64,000 nt of DNA from Trichoplax adhaerens. Taxonomy: Eukaryota; Animalia; Placozoa. A program made the translations under genes and the position numbers. Numbering within the stretch: the stretch's first letter is position 1; each line of letters begins with the position of its first letter. Below the pieces are notes generated by a model. That model was not told the origin of the DNA. It saw nothing but the letters and a program-made list of their open reading frames with translations, and did no database searches. This document shows, one piece after another, positions 13,848 through 27,539 of the stretch. The stretch is from positions 9,597,128-9,661,127 of the forward strand of contig NW_002060945.1 of NCBI RefSeq assembly GCF_000150275.1. Reading direction: 5' to 3'.

Positions 13848-16800
13848 TTACTTTCTTGCCGATTTTGTTGACCTGTACTTTCTCTTTCCTTGTCGGGTTA
13901 TCTCACTCCTATCAGCATTATCTTCCTCATGATCCTTGCCTTCCTTCATTGATCTCCTTGAATTCCTATTTGGCTATCATTAAATTATGCAGAATGCATT
14001 AACTTTGGTTGATACACGAAGTGATCAAGCAAAATCGTCTATAATGTAAGCTAAGCAGTCGGCCAGGTACAGACACCCGATTATTCTGATAGTTTAGTTG
14101 ATTACCTACTATACACGTATTACAGGCTTAAACGGATTTACTTACGTAGAAATATCCAAACTACTTTACAGCAGCATGGAATAGGACGTAACAATTTGCA
14201 TGTTATAGACTATAAAGTTAGATTAAGTGCATAGCATATTAGCACGCCTGTTATCTTACTTTCTCACCTTTTTAATGGTAGAATAAGCGGCTGATACAAT
14301 TTCGGTTCGACGATTGAAGTGATTTGTAGATTCCTGAATTTAGCAATTTTTACAAATAATAATCGATTTTATCAAGTGGATTTCAAAGGACATACATATT
14401 ACTATTTGGATATGGTATCATCTTACTATAATTAATATGCTGTACAATTCGTACCTCGTTTATATATGTATTATCCACAGCATGCGTACTTCCAAGAAGT
14501 GACTAACAGTAAATGTAGTTAAGTAATTTAATTTTTAATTTCAATGGAATAGTCATATCATGATAACATTCACCATTAAAGATCACTATACCTTTTCGCT
14601 ACGAATTTTTTTCTGTTTCTCATAATTACGAACAGAGCTTATTTATCAGTTAAAGATATGAGCAATATATTAAAAGAAATCTAAGATTAGATAATTTCAT
14701 AAATGCAATTTAGTTATCGAAAAATTACATTACTGAACAACGCAAAGTGTACTAATAAGTTGTAGTCTTGGTAGTAGCTAGATAACTCTAAGTTATCGAT
14801 ATTTACTCTATGAGTTCCTGGATTAATTCTCCTGAAATTCTACCAAGAGATTCTCGCCAATCCTCTACGTTGACAACTTGTTGAAGTTGTCCTGTTGCAT
14901 TTGCAGCAATCTGCTTTTTAAGGTCGTCATACTGTTCATGAATTTCACTAAGATTCTAACAATATATCAAAAAAAGCGTAAGGTTTAACGTTCGAACATT
15001 AATCTACAGTATAATACTATCTAAAATAAGCATATCTAGTAGGATTGTACAGTAATACGCGTATTCATAAGTTATACTGTAAGCTGAAGTAAATAGCTAT
15101 AAGGATTAACCTGCAACGATTCAATGTCTATAGCGTTTGAGACGGCATTCCTGGTTAATATGACTTCTGATTCATTCTCCGCACTCGGAGAAATAATCTG
15201 ATTCGAATTAAGGCATAACTGAAAAATGATAACATAATATCATCGAAAGCCATTCATCGAGAAAAATACTGTATAACTATGGCGTAATTTCAAATGAAAA
15301 AAATTTTAAGCTAATTAGGAAAATAAACCAACTCTAGTAGGCATTGCAACAAATAGAAATGCTTTTCCATTTTGTAAAATTCTTAAAATAAAGTCTGCGT
15401 CGTGGTGCTGCAATTAAATTGAAATGCTTCTATTTTAGTTCAATTTCCTCCTATCTTGATAGTAAAATGATGTGTGAAGCAGAACATCTAGAGTAATATC
15501 AAACGTACATTATGTTTCCGAATTGTTTCCTGAAATACATTCAACTCGCGATACATTGCTTCAGTTAGGCGAATCTATGGACATAACATGTTATCATAAT
15601 TGAAGTAGGATAGCACCATATATTAAGCAGTACACTTTTATAGTTATTTTATCGACTTACCTTGACTTTGGGGACACAAAGTTGCGTTGCGTATAATGAA
15701 TATAGGAGATACAAGCCACCAATTCTCATTTGAAATTCATATGAGGAACTTAGATATTCACAAGCGATTGAAAGTAGTTCGCACGTAAACTAATTGAGAA
15801 TTACATGAGGCATTTAAGAAAGCTTTTTATGGTCTTTGCTGCAGAATGATAGTATTACTGTATTTTAACAGTCATTTCCGAGCGTCTGACTATAGCTACC
15901 TCAAACTACTGTACAGTATAAGTGTAGTACGAAAGGTATCATAAACGAAGACTAGAGTGGCCCTATGCTCTAGCAATGCGTCATTTTAGGTTTTCAATTT
16001 AAAGATCAAATAATGATGATCTTCCTTTCTAAGATTTTAGATCGAATAATATAATTCAATACTGTACTGTATAATAATTTTTGAACCTAAAACAATCCTG
16101 TCTTACCTTATTTCGAAAGTAGCCATCGCGGTGGATGCTTGAGGAAGGAACCAGGAAAGTTTACCATTTTGAAAAGAAATCATAAGAGTTATAATTGGGT
16201 ATTCATTACAAGATTAATTCAGGTTATTCAAAATGACCCAAGCCCAATCCAGACATTACCTAGAACTAGTGCAATAATAGCGATAACTATAGTAGTAACG
16301 ATCTGTGGTGAACGTAACTAAGTGTAGAATTAACATTTTTATCTTTTATTTTTATTGCGTAAGGCCTGAAGATGACCTTGCAAAGTGCAAATCGCATTTC
16401 GTATTCATGGATTAACGATAAGACGAATACTAACTAAGTGTATGTACACGTGCATCAGCCAACTATAGCCAGGTTGCTGACGAAGTTCCATGGAATATCA
16501 AGTACTCATAGAACTTTTATTTTATCCACTATACACTCTATTACCATATTATTGATGAAGTGAACAAATAGCAACATTACTGTAGGTTACAACAGTCCAG
16601 CTCTGTACTCGTATTCAGAAATAAAGACAATTTTGTAAAATAAGAAGAATTACTGTACTCTACTCTTGTCTTGGGATCACTGCACAAATATCCATATCTG
16701 CAATCCTAGAGGGTTTATTATGGTATCTTTGCAAAATTTGATCTCCATTTATAGGAATTGTATCGAAATTACAAGGCTATGTCAAGTCAAGACAGTCCAA

Positions 16801-17059
16801 GTAGGTGATAGTACCGTAAAAATAGTCGATTACTTAGTCAAGGACGGTTGATTCAGTAGGCATCACTGGCTGCATGATGTAGTCGAATATTTATGTTACT
16901 GATGCATCTACGATCATTGAATGTAATGCTACTAGCTTACCAGTGGATAAAGCTAAAATTACTTTGTCTCCATACGTGTGAGAAGTCTTTAAAGCGAACG
17001 CTACCAGTTTGAATAAACTTGCTCAACAAGGAGTTAAAGTCGTGAGAAACGGCTGCCAT
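13848..17059 (-). CDS. SNAPC1: snRNA-activating protein complex subunit 1 (SNAP43), multi-exon
   Basis: Hand-spliced exons read MAAVSHDFNSLLSKFIQTGSVRFKDFSHVWRQSNFSFIHC / IHRDGYFRNK / FTCELLSIACEYLSSSYEFQMRIGGLYLLYSLYATQLCVPKVK / IRLTEAMYREL.. / HDADFILRILQNGKAFLFVAMP. These match SNAPC1 'SVRFEDF..W', 'FQIRVGALYLLYGLYNTQLCQPKQKIR' and 'AFHFTAMP'. The basic final exon ends ..KSARK-TAA. An acceptor just upstream of the ATG suggests a further 5' exon. Confidence 0.88.
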
Positions 17060-17369
17060 GTCCTGCACAAGAATGAATTTAACTCATCAATCGGTTCTGC
17101 AACCTGCAACAATTTTGTAATCTTATCCCATTCAATAAGTCAATTAGTAGCCATAACAACCTTTCACAGTATGATGGATAGGTAAGACTTTAAACTGCAA
17201 ATGAATTGACTTCCCTAATAGCCTTTCTACCTGCCTTTTTGACAACCTGACTGCGGTTTATTGCTGGCTTTAAATCGCCATTTCCGTGCCAATACGCTAT
17301 GACTAGATGATGATCAACGACTCGTAGGTGTTTACGTTGTGTGTCTCTATAATGGTAAAGGATACCAGC

Positions 17370-17860
17370 CAGTCCATCCATGTCCTCTGTCTGTATATAC
17401 TGTCGTCTATTTTCAATACAATGTACTGAGCCTGCGTTGAGACTACCAGATCGTCACGATCGAACTCCAGCGTCACTTCACGGTACAGTACAGTACTGTA
17501 CTGTACAGCATGGACGGTTTGCCAATCCATCCATGTCCTCTGTCTGTATGTACTTACATTAATGTACTATCGTCCATTTTCAATACAATATACTGAGCCT
17601 GCGTTGAGACTACCAGATCGTCACGATCGAACTCCAGCGTCACTTCACGCTGTACCGTACTGTACTGCATTGTCGATTTGCCAATCCATCCATGTCCTCT
17701 GTCTGTATATACTGTCGTCCTGGACGACAGCATATGCGGACAGAGGACATGGATGGACGACTCGTACATTTTCAATACAATGCACTGAGCCTGCGTTGCG
17801 ACTACCGGATCGTCACGATCCAACTCTAGCGTCACTTAACGGTACTGTACTGTACTGCAT
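17370..17860. repeat. Three imperfect ~155-185-bp tandem copies upstream of SNAPC1; the third contains a long hairpin
   Basis: Repeated CCATCCATGTCCTCTGTCTGTAT..TTTTCAATACAAT..ACTGAGCCTGCGTTG.GACTACC.GATCGTCACGATC.AACTC.AGCGTCACTT. Confidence 0.9.
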
Positions 17861-20241
17861 TGACGGTTGATCCCTACTTCCGCACTGACTTGATCTGTAC
17901 TGAGCATGTCTCATCTTCATCATCTGTTTTTAACCAATCAGACATTGACAACTGTTTTTCAACTCGACAGGCTACAGTACAAGATACTGTAGCACACTAT
18001 TTACTATGTACTCTACTCAACGACAGTAACTTGATTACAGAAACAACAAAGTTGATATCCATTTGTACAAACGTTTGCAATGATCCCTTCTAGCAGAATG
18101 GAGTATAGTAAATACGATTTGGGGAAGTTTTGGCGTAAAAATGTACAAAATAGAGTGTAGATTGTTGAATTGTATTTCAATCCAGGCCTATACAGTAGAA
18201 TAGGGTAACTGCACAACTTTTAAATTTGGAGTGTAGTTCATTCTTGATATTTATTGATCATGCAAAATTTTGAAAAATACCCAATTTCAGTGATTGAAAT
18301 TCACACCATTTGCAAACGAAGGGGAAGAGAGATACAGTACAAGTAGAAGAGATCTGGATAGAGAAGATTCTGTGCAAACGTTCAATATCACATCACATAC
18401 TACGCTGGAGTGCTGTAATCAGTTTAATAGGATTTGGAATTTTTATAAAAAAATAATAATCAGTGCATCACTAATTTATAATATCCTATGGTTGTGTCTC
18501 GTTTTACATACTCGAAAAGCTAGACGCATTGGACTTATATAGCAATATTCGAATAAGAATAATTTTTCCGGGCTACGACAGTGCTTTAGAGTGATAATAT
18601 CAAAGTATATTATTAGCGGTTCCATAGTGTACACAGACACTTAAAATTAGTCTTATTCGGAGTAGTCCCGACATCGAAGTTGAAGAAGTTGTTCACAGTC
18701 ATTACTAAAGTACAAATCAGTAGCGTTAAAATTCCAAAATACAGGTTATGAAAGCTTTTTCTAAAATGGACACCATCTACAGTTGGAGATTGCTGAAAAA
18801 ATTCCAACGAACGACTCAATGACGAATTACATGCTCAGTTTTGGAGTAATAACTTCAGTCTTGATTAATTGTAATACTTATTAATTATTATCGTATTGAA
18901 ACAACAATTACTAATGTAATAACGAAGAAATCTCGGCCTTCACTTTAATCTGTGTCAATATACGAGTGCATCGCGGGTTCTGTGACGGAACTGCTACCAG
19001 ATTCTAAATACCCACATTAGGATTACGTAAAATAGAATCACTTCAATTTGACATTGTTGGCTATTTGCTAGATATCATACTGTAGAGTGTAGACTAAAAG
19101 GTATGTTCCAGTTCTGGAAGGTTTATAATAGAGTGTAATAACAAGTAAATTTTAAATAATGGCACACCTTAGTGTACTATCATCCCAAGGATCACTGGTG
19201 AAGAATTGATGCGTACCGAATTTAAAAATTTATAAATTATCAATATAACCCTAATATTTCAGGAAAGGGGGGGGATGGGACGCGTATTACAGGAATTACA
19301 GCCATATCATTACCTTGCGCTACACCATTTCTAGCTTATTAATTATGAAGTGTTAATGGAGACTTAGGTAAACGATACTGTATATGAAGTGTTATCAACA
19401 ATGATGTTCAATGAGTCAATTGATATACACCATATCATAGCCCTGTAAGTGTAGTGCAAAACGCTTTTTGACAAGTAGACTGAGAAGTAATATCTTAGTC
19501 ATCTATCACGATTGTTGCTTGAACTCTTTTGTATTTAAGTTAGTGAGATTCATGATGAGACGCTTTGATACATGCTAGCACGTATCTACAGTTTATACTG
19601 TATAGTATATGGTGCACTGATTGAAAATCCTTTTAAAATAAGCCTCTATCACAAGAATTTCCTATGAGCTGTTTGTTAATGCTACAGTTCTTCAAGGTCA
19701 GCCGAATCCCTATCTTAGGAGAGGAAATACTGGATAACACCCTAGAGCAACCCTAAGACTTCAAATTACAGAAAGTACGAGCACAGATTGTTTAAAACAA
19801 ATTGAAGTTAAACTAGTAAACCCAAGTAATCCATTGGACAAGTGAAACACCTGATCTTGGACAAGACTCGCAGATTCTAACATTTCGCCTTAATTCTACT
19901 AAGATAGTACAGTATATCACAATAGAGGAGTGTACACTCTTGTAAAACCACTACACGGTGAACTAGCCATACATAAAATCTGAGGCTGCTAAAAGCGATT
20001 AAACTATCAAAATACCTACTGTATAGTAGATAATCAATGGTACACAACACGAACTAGCAAATGATGGCAATCAATTTAAAATTCACCGGAAATAAACAGC
20101 AATCAGAACTATCTATCAGGTGAAAATAGGATATAGAGTAAAATTTATTCAGTTCATTTGAAATTTCAAATAATGTAGCACATAACGTCACATATTGTAT
20201 TAGTCGAGACAAGAAACATAATCAGGTTAACAATATCAATT

Positions 20242-21672
20242 TTAGAATAACATGGTACTCATGCCACCTTGTTCACTTTGTTCTTTAACAAATGTTTCAA
20301 AATACTGATATATGATTGAGACAGCAAGCAATATTCCAGTACCAGATCCAATGGCTCCCATAAAATCAGCCAAAACTGATAAAGCACCAATACATAAGCC
20401 ACCAAATGCAGCAGCAGTAGGAATGTATCTGTTTAATTCGTGGATCATTGATTTTTCACGGTGTCCTCTCATGACCATTTGCTGTTCCTTTAGTTGTTTA
20501 GCAACATCTTTGGCGGAAGAACCAGAAATATCTATCCATAATTTAGAAAAGACAGCGCAAGAAGTTAGCATAAAAACGATGTAACATACTGCATGCATAG
20601 GATCGCTGATTATATGAGCTGTCGTATCTGGCGGCGATAAGTAATAGCACAAACCACCAACTGGATAGGCGCGAGCTGGGCCGCCTCCTTCGTAATTTTC
20701 CCATCGGCCAAGTAAATTGATGAAAATGTTATCACGGAATCTCAAGGATAACATTTGAGAAATGACGTAAAAGTTGGAAACCAAGGCACTCTGTAAAATG
20801 ATAGGCATATTGGACGTATAGAACAATTTGATTGGGTAAGATGTAGTCTGGCCACGATAGCGAGCTGATTTAATTGGTAGATCAACACGAAAGCCTTGGA
20901 AGTAAATAACAATACAGAATACAAAAATGGTGGCAAACAAGTTCATCATGTTGGGCAAGTTATTGCGATATAAGGCTTCACGTAAGGCACGCACTTTATC
21001 ACTTCGGGTGGCTAATAAGTGAAATAGAGCGATAACAGCACCCTCAAATTCAGTACCCCGTCCAGTATTGATTGTAGCGGGGCTAAATGATTTCCACACG
21101 ATAGTTTCGCAAATATTGGTAGCAATAAAAAGCGATATACCGGAGCCCAAACCGTAGCCTTTTTGTAATAGTTCGTCTAACAACATGACGATGACACCAG
21201 CAATGACCAATTGTATGACGATGAGTGCGCAAATACCCGTACCAAGATCACTTGGATTGCCATACATACCAGTCAGCATGTAAGCGATGGCTTGGCCGGC
21301 AGTCATAATGATACCGAATAACTTTTGAGCACCGTTAAAAAGAGCCCTTTCCTTGGGAGAATCGCCAACTTCGATAATTTTGGCTCCTGCTAACACCTGC
21401 ATGATCAAACTTGAAGTTACAATAGGATTAATGCCTAATTCCATCAAAGTACCACGGTTGGAAGCCATAATGACTCTCAACCAATAAAATGGATCCGCTG
21501 AATCGCTTGATAAGATACCAAAAAGTGGAATCTGACAACATACCAAAAAGACGAAAAGGGTAATCGCAGTCCATAGTAATTTTTCTCGAAATTGAACTTT
21601 CCTTTCAGGCTTCGCGATTTCAGGAACGAAAGCTACAAAAGGAGCAATATAATCTAAAATTTTGATACCCAT
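20242..21672 (-). CDS. SEC61A: Protein translocon subunit Sec61 alpha; intronless CDS
   Basis: Full-length 476-aa ORF carrying [53 protein letters not shown] and [10 protein letters not shown]. Confidence 0.98.
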   Translation of the reverse strand: MGIKILDYIAPFVAFVPEIAKPERKVQFREKLLWTAITLFVFLVCCQIPLFGILSSDSADPFYWLRVIMASNRGTLMELGINPIVTSSLIMQVLAGAKIIEVGDSPKERALFNGAQKLFGIIMTAGQAIAYMLTGMYGNPSDLGTGICALIVIQLVIAGVIVMLLDELLQKGYGLGSGISLFIATNICETIVWKSFSPATINTGRGTEFEGAVIALFHLLATRSDKVRALREALYRNNLPNMMNLFATIFVFCIVIYFQGFRVDLPIKSARYRGQTTSYPIKLFYTSNMPIILQSALVSNFYVISQMLSLRFRDNIFINLLGRWENYEGGGPARAYPVGGLCYYLSPPDTTAHIISDPMHAVCYIVFMLTSCAVFSKLWIDISGSSAKDVAKQLKEQQMVMRGHREKSMIHELNRYIPTAAAFGGLCIGALSVLADFMGAIGSGTGILLAVSIIYQYFETFVKEQSEQGGMSTMLF

Positions 21673-21839
21673 TTTCTTCTAGGCGTTTATTACCTATCCA
21701 ACACAACGTCGGATAAACTGACGATAGAATAAGATCCAATTGAGATGAGGAAAAAGATAATTTGTTGATTTTTTTTCCCTTCTTCCTCACGCGTCCTTTG
21801 GTGAATGAAGGAAGAGTTGAAAGAAAGAGCGTCCAGTAC

Positions 21840-22500
21840 AACGCCAATGAGCCAACACGCACGCCAGTGCTTGTCCTGTTACGGTCCAGTACGGTACGTA
21901 CAGTCACCCTAACAAGTGCCGTGCTGCAACTCCACCGTTTACAGTGTACAGTACGTTACTACAGTCCGTTGCCAAAGTGAAATCATCTGTAAACTTCTTT
22001 TAGTACTGTAGCTACGTGTCTCGATACGTACATGGATGACGTGCGGTGTGACTAAAATATGCAGCATGCCTTTTGCAAGGTGCAGTATAGTACTGTATAC
22101 CGTACCGTACCGGACATGTGTTTGGTAACCCGTTGCCCAATGCCCATGGTCTGGCGGTCGGTCACGTGGTGTCATTTTGGTTGAAAACGTTTGAATAAAA
22201 GCAGGACAGTACGGTAGACTGTACATACAGTACACCTACTAAGTGGATGATTTCTGAATATGAATCAATAATGAAAATCATCAAAATCGTCCAAGCTGAA
22301 TGATAAAATGCTATGGTTTGACCTACTGATTCGTAAAATGAGGTTTTTTTTAAGAACTGTCTGGACAATTTGAAGGACTTTGCTGTACTGTGAGTGTAGA
22401 GCAGTCCCTCAGTCTGTCCGTGTTCCTACAGTGCAGTACAGTACAGTATTCAGCATGAGTACAGTACAGTACAGTACAGTACAGTGGAATACTGGAAGAG
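21840..22500. promoter_or_regulatory. Probable promoter region upstream of SEC61A (possibly divergent toward PARD3)
   Basis: Locally GC/CpG-richer, with CCAAT (~21844), TGACGT (~22037), GTCACGTG E-box (~22161) and dense ACAGT/ACTGT/ACGGT arrays. Confidence 0.55.
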
Positions 22501-25500
22501 CGAACTCAGCTACAATTATTTTAGTTTACACCGCCAGGTTGATGTTTTAAGGGCGTTTATTATTTCAAAATTGTGACTTTATCCTGAAAATTGAATCTTT
22601 CTCGGTCAATAATAACAACTCAACTTTATGCTTGTAATTGTAGATTATTGTCATGGAACCAACTGTATAGATTATCACCATATTCATCCATAGGTTTACA
22701 ATGAAACGCAAGTCTTCTTCGTCACACCACGCTACCCTACCTATACGGCTATACCCAGTATCGATCTAGGTGCAATTGAGATGCAGTGAGACATAAATAT
22801 TTTTCAAAAGTAATATGCAGCTCAACCAAGTCAGAAAAAAAAAGCCGATTCTGATTTTGACTCTACATGATCATTCCATTAGACTTATAATAAACCACCA
22901 ACAGTAATATTTCATTGATGATCATGATTTGAGGCGTTATCATTGCTAAATCAACATGGTACAATTTGCTTTACGCGAAGAAGCATACTTTCTTCCATTG
23001 CCAGTAGAATCAATCAATTAATGGAACAGAACCACTCAGTAGCAACGCAGATCCATACAATTGGCGTTAATTGGTTGACATCAATCATGGAAATCACATC
23101 CGCAATAAAACATCAATGATACTTGGATACTTGAGCATACTTGTAGAAATTCTATAGTAATACAAGCATTACAGGTATCAAAGATAAATCAGCCGACTAT
23201 TTTAACTATCCTTGATAATAGTATTAGAGTAAATAAATAAGTTTTGATGAATTATAATATTTCAATAACAACGATTCATAAACAACTATTGATACAGTAT
23301 ATTCTGCATTGTATGCATAGAGAGATACAGAGTATATCATTGAAGGATTATTCATTCCACTCATTTGATATTATCATTTACATATCAAGTTAGTTAAATA
23401 CTGTATTATCATCAACTTAATCATATTGAGAGATACTAATTTTATCGCTTGAGTTAGCTGCCGTGCAAGGATTGCTTGACAACTGTGTACGTTACTATAA
23501 ATTGGCAACAGAGAGTCAAATTCTACAACTGAATGCCCACTAACAGCGGATAATTCCGTTCTTTCAGCCGTAATACACTAATGTTGCAATAAATACTTTT
23601 CATTTGCATGAATGAACACCTATCAAAACTGCATAAGTACGAATTGGAGCTCTATCTGCCATTTCAATTCATTCAACCATACAATATACAGAAGCATGCA
23701 TTCCTTCTAATCAAGTCGACGGTAGTACCATGCATTCAGTGTTAGGCCATAATTTACAGGATATGTGAATTCTCTCTACGGCAAGTATTACTGTAATTTT
23801 AATCACTAGACTTGATGGATTGCTAGGGAATAGAACTAGATCGAGCAGATAACCGGGATATTCTTGCCTTAAATGGCATAATAGATAACTACTGTACTAA
23901 TAAATTGGTTACCGTCGAGATCATGTTTGTACACATAATTGCTTAATACGAAAATTGATGCAATGGAATTATTTTGTAATTAAACAAGTCTATTGCAAGT
24001 GAGTTCTAATTTTCTCTTCAGTTTACTAATTGGTTTGGTTATTTTAGAATAATTGGATAAACTTAAACTATATTATGAAAGTTTGATTAATTCATTAATA
24101 TCAAAAACAAGCTTGTTCAGGAAGCGAGAATCATGTTATTGAAAAACCTGTTCAATCTCTTCATCAGTGTAAGCCAAGTCAAGTGAGATAAAACCATAAT
24201 TCATTTACGATCAAATTTATGAAGGGATATCAGTGAGCATACCGCTACTTACTATAGTTGTAACCTTTCTTCATTTTTAGCTAACCAAAGCATATGAAGC
24301 TTCCATATTTATACTGTGCCCGTATCTCTTGAATAAAGTAACATACCTAAATACTGTTCTTTTAACAGAATTTATCATTTTAATTACTTTATTGAAAAGA
24401 TAAACTTTGAATCGTCCTTTAATGCTCGATATTTTAACATTCATTATCAAATAAGTTCAATCTTCTACAAAATCTAGTTTACTGGCTTACAATACGTTCA
24501 ACTGTATCTTGTTAACTATACTAGGATTAATCAAAACGCCACCATGCCGGAATCCCACAGGTTTATGGCTGAAATAAACATGATAATTACAGTAACAGAC
24601 GATGGCTGCAGATTAAATTGCTGTTGATTCAAATGCAACAATTATTATGAATGCGTTACGGCAGAAATTTGAATAGCACAACATATAAATAGCACCCCAC
24701 AGAGAAATTAGGATTAATCTTATGGCATTTGATCGACAGTTCCATCTTATAACCAATCATTCCTCTACCGCAGAGCGATCAATTAATTACAATCATTAAT
24801 TCTGACGGTGACTACATTGGCATTTGTCTATAATACTAGACTACACAATAATAATAATAACAATATGAAAATAAAATAAAATAATTGCATCATCTATGAA
24901 TGTACGTTAATAACGAATACAGGTTGCAGAGCTCTCTTTGGAATCAATATGTGATGATGGCATGGATTGTTAGAAGCATGTGTCTTATCCAGTTAAATAA
25001 TAAGTAGTATGAGATATGCCCAAAACCTGATCTGATTCAGGAGCTAAAGGACCAATTTAAGCTTACTTAAAAAATCATTTCTGAACTCAGATGGAACATA
25101 TGGTTTTACAAGATGTTGACCATAGCCTAACACCTTCACTAGTAATACAGTACGGTATACCAACAGACATGCCACAATTATTCTCTTCTGTTGAAAAATG
25201 TCTTTCAATACCAAAATTCACATCCATAATTGAATTAGTTGTAATTTAAGTAGTTCACGAAAAAATACAAAACTTGCGATAAATTTTAATGCCTAGCGCC
25301 TGCAAAAAGTGATATTTATATATCTCTTTATCTTGCAAATAGATTATAAAGAAGAAAATATCGAGCAATTTTAAAGTATAATTGATGTATCGTCGTGAAA
25401 GACTTGCATCGCCAAGTTTTTCTTTTACTTATTATATATAATAACAATGTTGCATTGCATTCAAATGCTGACAACAAGGAAAATTAATCCTGTTAATGAT

Positions 25501-27539
25501 TTCTGCCTAATTCTATTACAACTAAAATCACAGTCTTAATCAGTTATCAGAAAGTAACCTTTTCTCCACGCGCATAGCCTGTTTTTCAACTTCATTAATT
25601 TATACTATAACGGATATGCAATCAACAGATCATTTGATAGGATGGCTTTAAATGGGATAAGAATTTATTTATCTAACAGGCCTGATCAATACTATTTATA
25701 CTCCACTTGCAGCTGTATCAAGCACATATTCTATTGAAAACGAAGTCACTATTTATAGTTAGTCTACAAGGAGAATAGAATAGTAACATGATTTTAAGCA
25801 AATCAAATTCAAACTAATGCATGCATGTCGATTTTATTATTATGGATAAAAGAAGCTTAGAACCATAAATCTATTCATGAACGTATTTCTATCGGCGTGG
25901 TTAATTGATGATTGGTTCTATGCTATTATGACGCTATCCCATAGTATTGTTAGGCTAGATGAATAATAAAATCAATAATCTTCCTTCTTCTACAGTACAG
26001 TATACTGAGTAGGCTAAAACTATCGTACAGATGACCATAACTGGCTACTAGTCTACCACCGACAGTTACATCATTTTCTTTTTTTTACTCATCATCGCTA
26101 AGCATTGATTCCGACACATTTTTATCTCTTTTATTATTTTCCCCTCCTCCCATTTTGTCTTTTCTCTCTATACTGTCTTGAATGCAGTTTAGTCAACTGT
26201 AAACTATTATACAAAATCGCTTATGTTTGTATGTATCCTTCTAAACATCGATAGTCCTTATTATAGTTAAGCAAATGCAAGAGTGAATATGATCACGGAG
26301 TGTGACTAGGAACGCGGAATGTTAGTCTATTATTGAAAAATAGGGCAGTACCATCACTTAATAGTAAGATTCTAAAAAAGTTAGTCGACCCCATCGCTTT
26401 AATAAATTGGTTCTACCACCCTCCAGTCAAGTCAGATTGTACTACTGGAGAAGGCAAGTAAAATAGCTTGACATTAGATCTATTCGTTTACTACTCTTTC
26501 CTTTTTCTTTTTTTTTTACTTAAATTATCGGTTCATATGCTAATAGTATCTTGTACTTTTAACGTTAATAACGGTAGTATAGATAGTAGAGATGCTTTTT
26601 AGAAAGTTCTTTCTCTGACGATTGAATAGCAACTACTTCTATTTAAACAAGTAAATTGGCTTCAATACAATTTTTGCCAACTTGATCATCTAGAGATAGT
26701 CGACATAATTTACCATAGTCTACAGTAATCTGTTGTCGATGATAACCCATTCGTATATCTATTATTCCATTTTATTTAATTGGTGTAGAAATCCGAGCTA
26801 TCTTTGATATGTCTTATAATCTCAAATAGCAATTTATTTCCTATCCATGTCATCTTATTACAACTCGTATAGATTACGTGAACAAAGCCAATTTTAACAA
26901 ATTCTCATTCTGTTTATATCGATTTCTCTCTCTATAGATATTACATTCTATCAAACTTACTTCACTTCATTTCTTTACTTATTGGCTGGCCACCTATCAA
27001 CCAAGGATCATACTGGCTATCATTTTGCACTAACGCATTTCCTTCTTTACATTATACTACCAAGTTAGAATTAAGCACGTTTATTTTTATCTAAAATCAG
27101 CCGTAAAGAAGAATATCATACTGAGAAGAAAGCAACAACATTCACCAAACAATTGACAAGTATTACTCCTTAACATTATCACTCTATGGATTAACTGTCA
27201 CTTCATCAAATCAAGCCGAAAGTATAGTAGACTACGGCAATAGACATAAAATTGTAAAGGCTAGCGATGGCATTAGCTATCGTTAGTTAGGTTAAATAAT
27301 GTTTGTAAGAGAAAAAACTCATTTAATAATTATTTCCACTATAAGTTGACAAAAAGGAGAAAAATCAAGAGGTAGAGCAATCAAAAAGTAAACTTGTCTC
27401 ATGAGTAATATCTTCAACAGAGCATCCATTACTCGTATGAGAACTTAGTCTACGTTTGGACTGGCAGTCTTCAAATCAAGTTTTAACGTAATTACTCGTC
27501 GAGAAATAGTGTTTGCTGAACAAGAAAATTAAATTCACC

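Noticed and set aside
17190-18093. Overlapping ORFs upstream of SNAPC1
   Set aside because: They derive from the tandem repeat and show no protein-family signature.
20312-20936. Short ORFs overlapping SEC61A
   Set aside because: Antisense or alternate-frame shadows of a conserved CDS.
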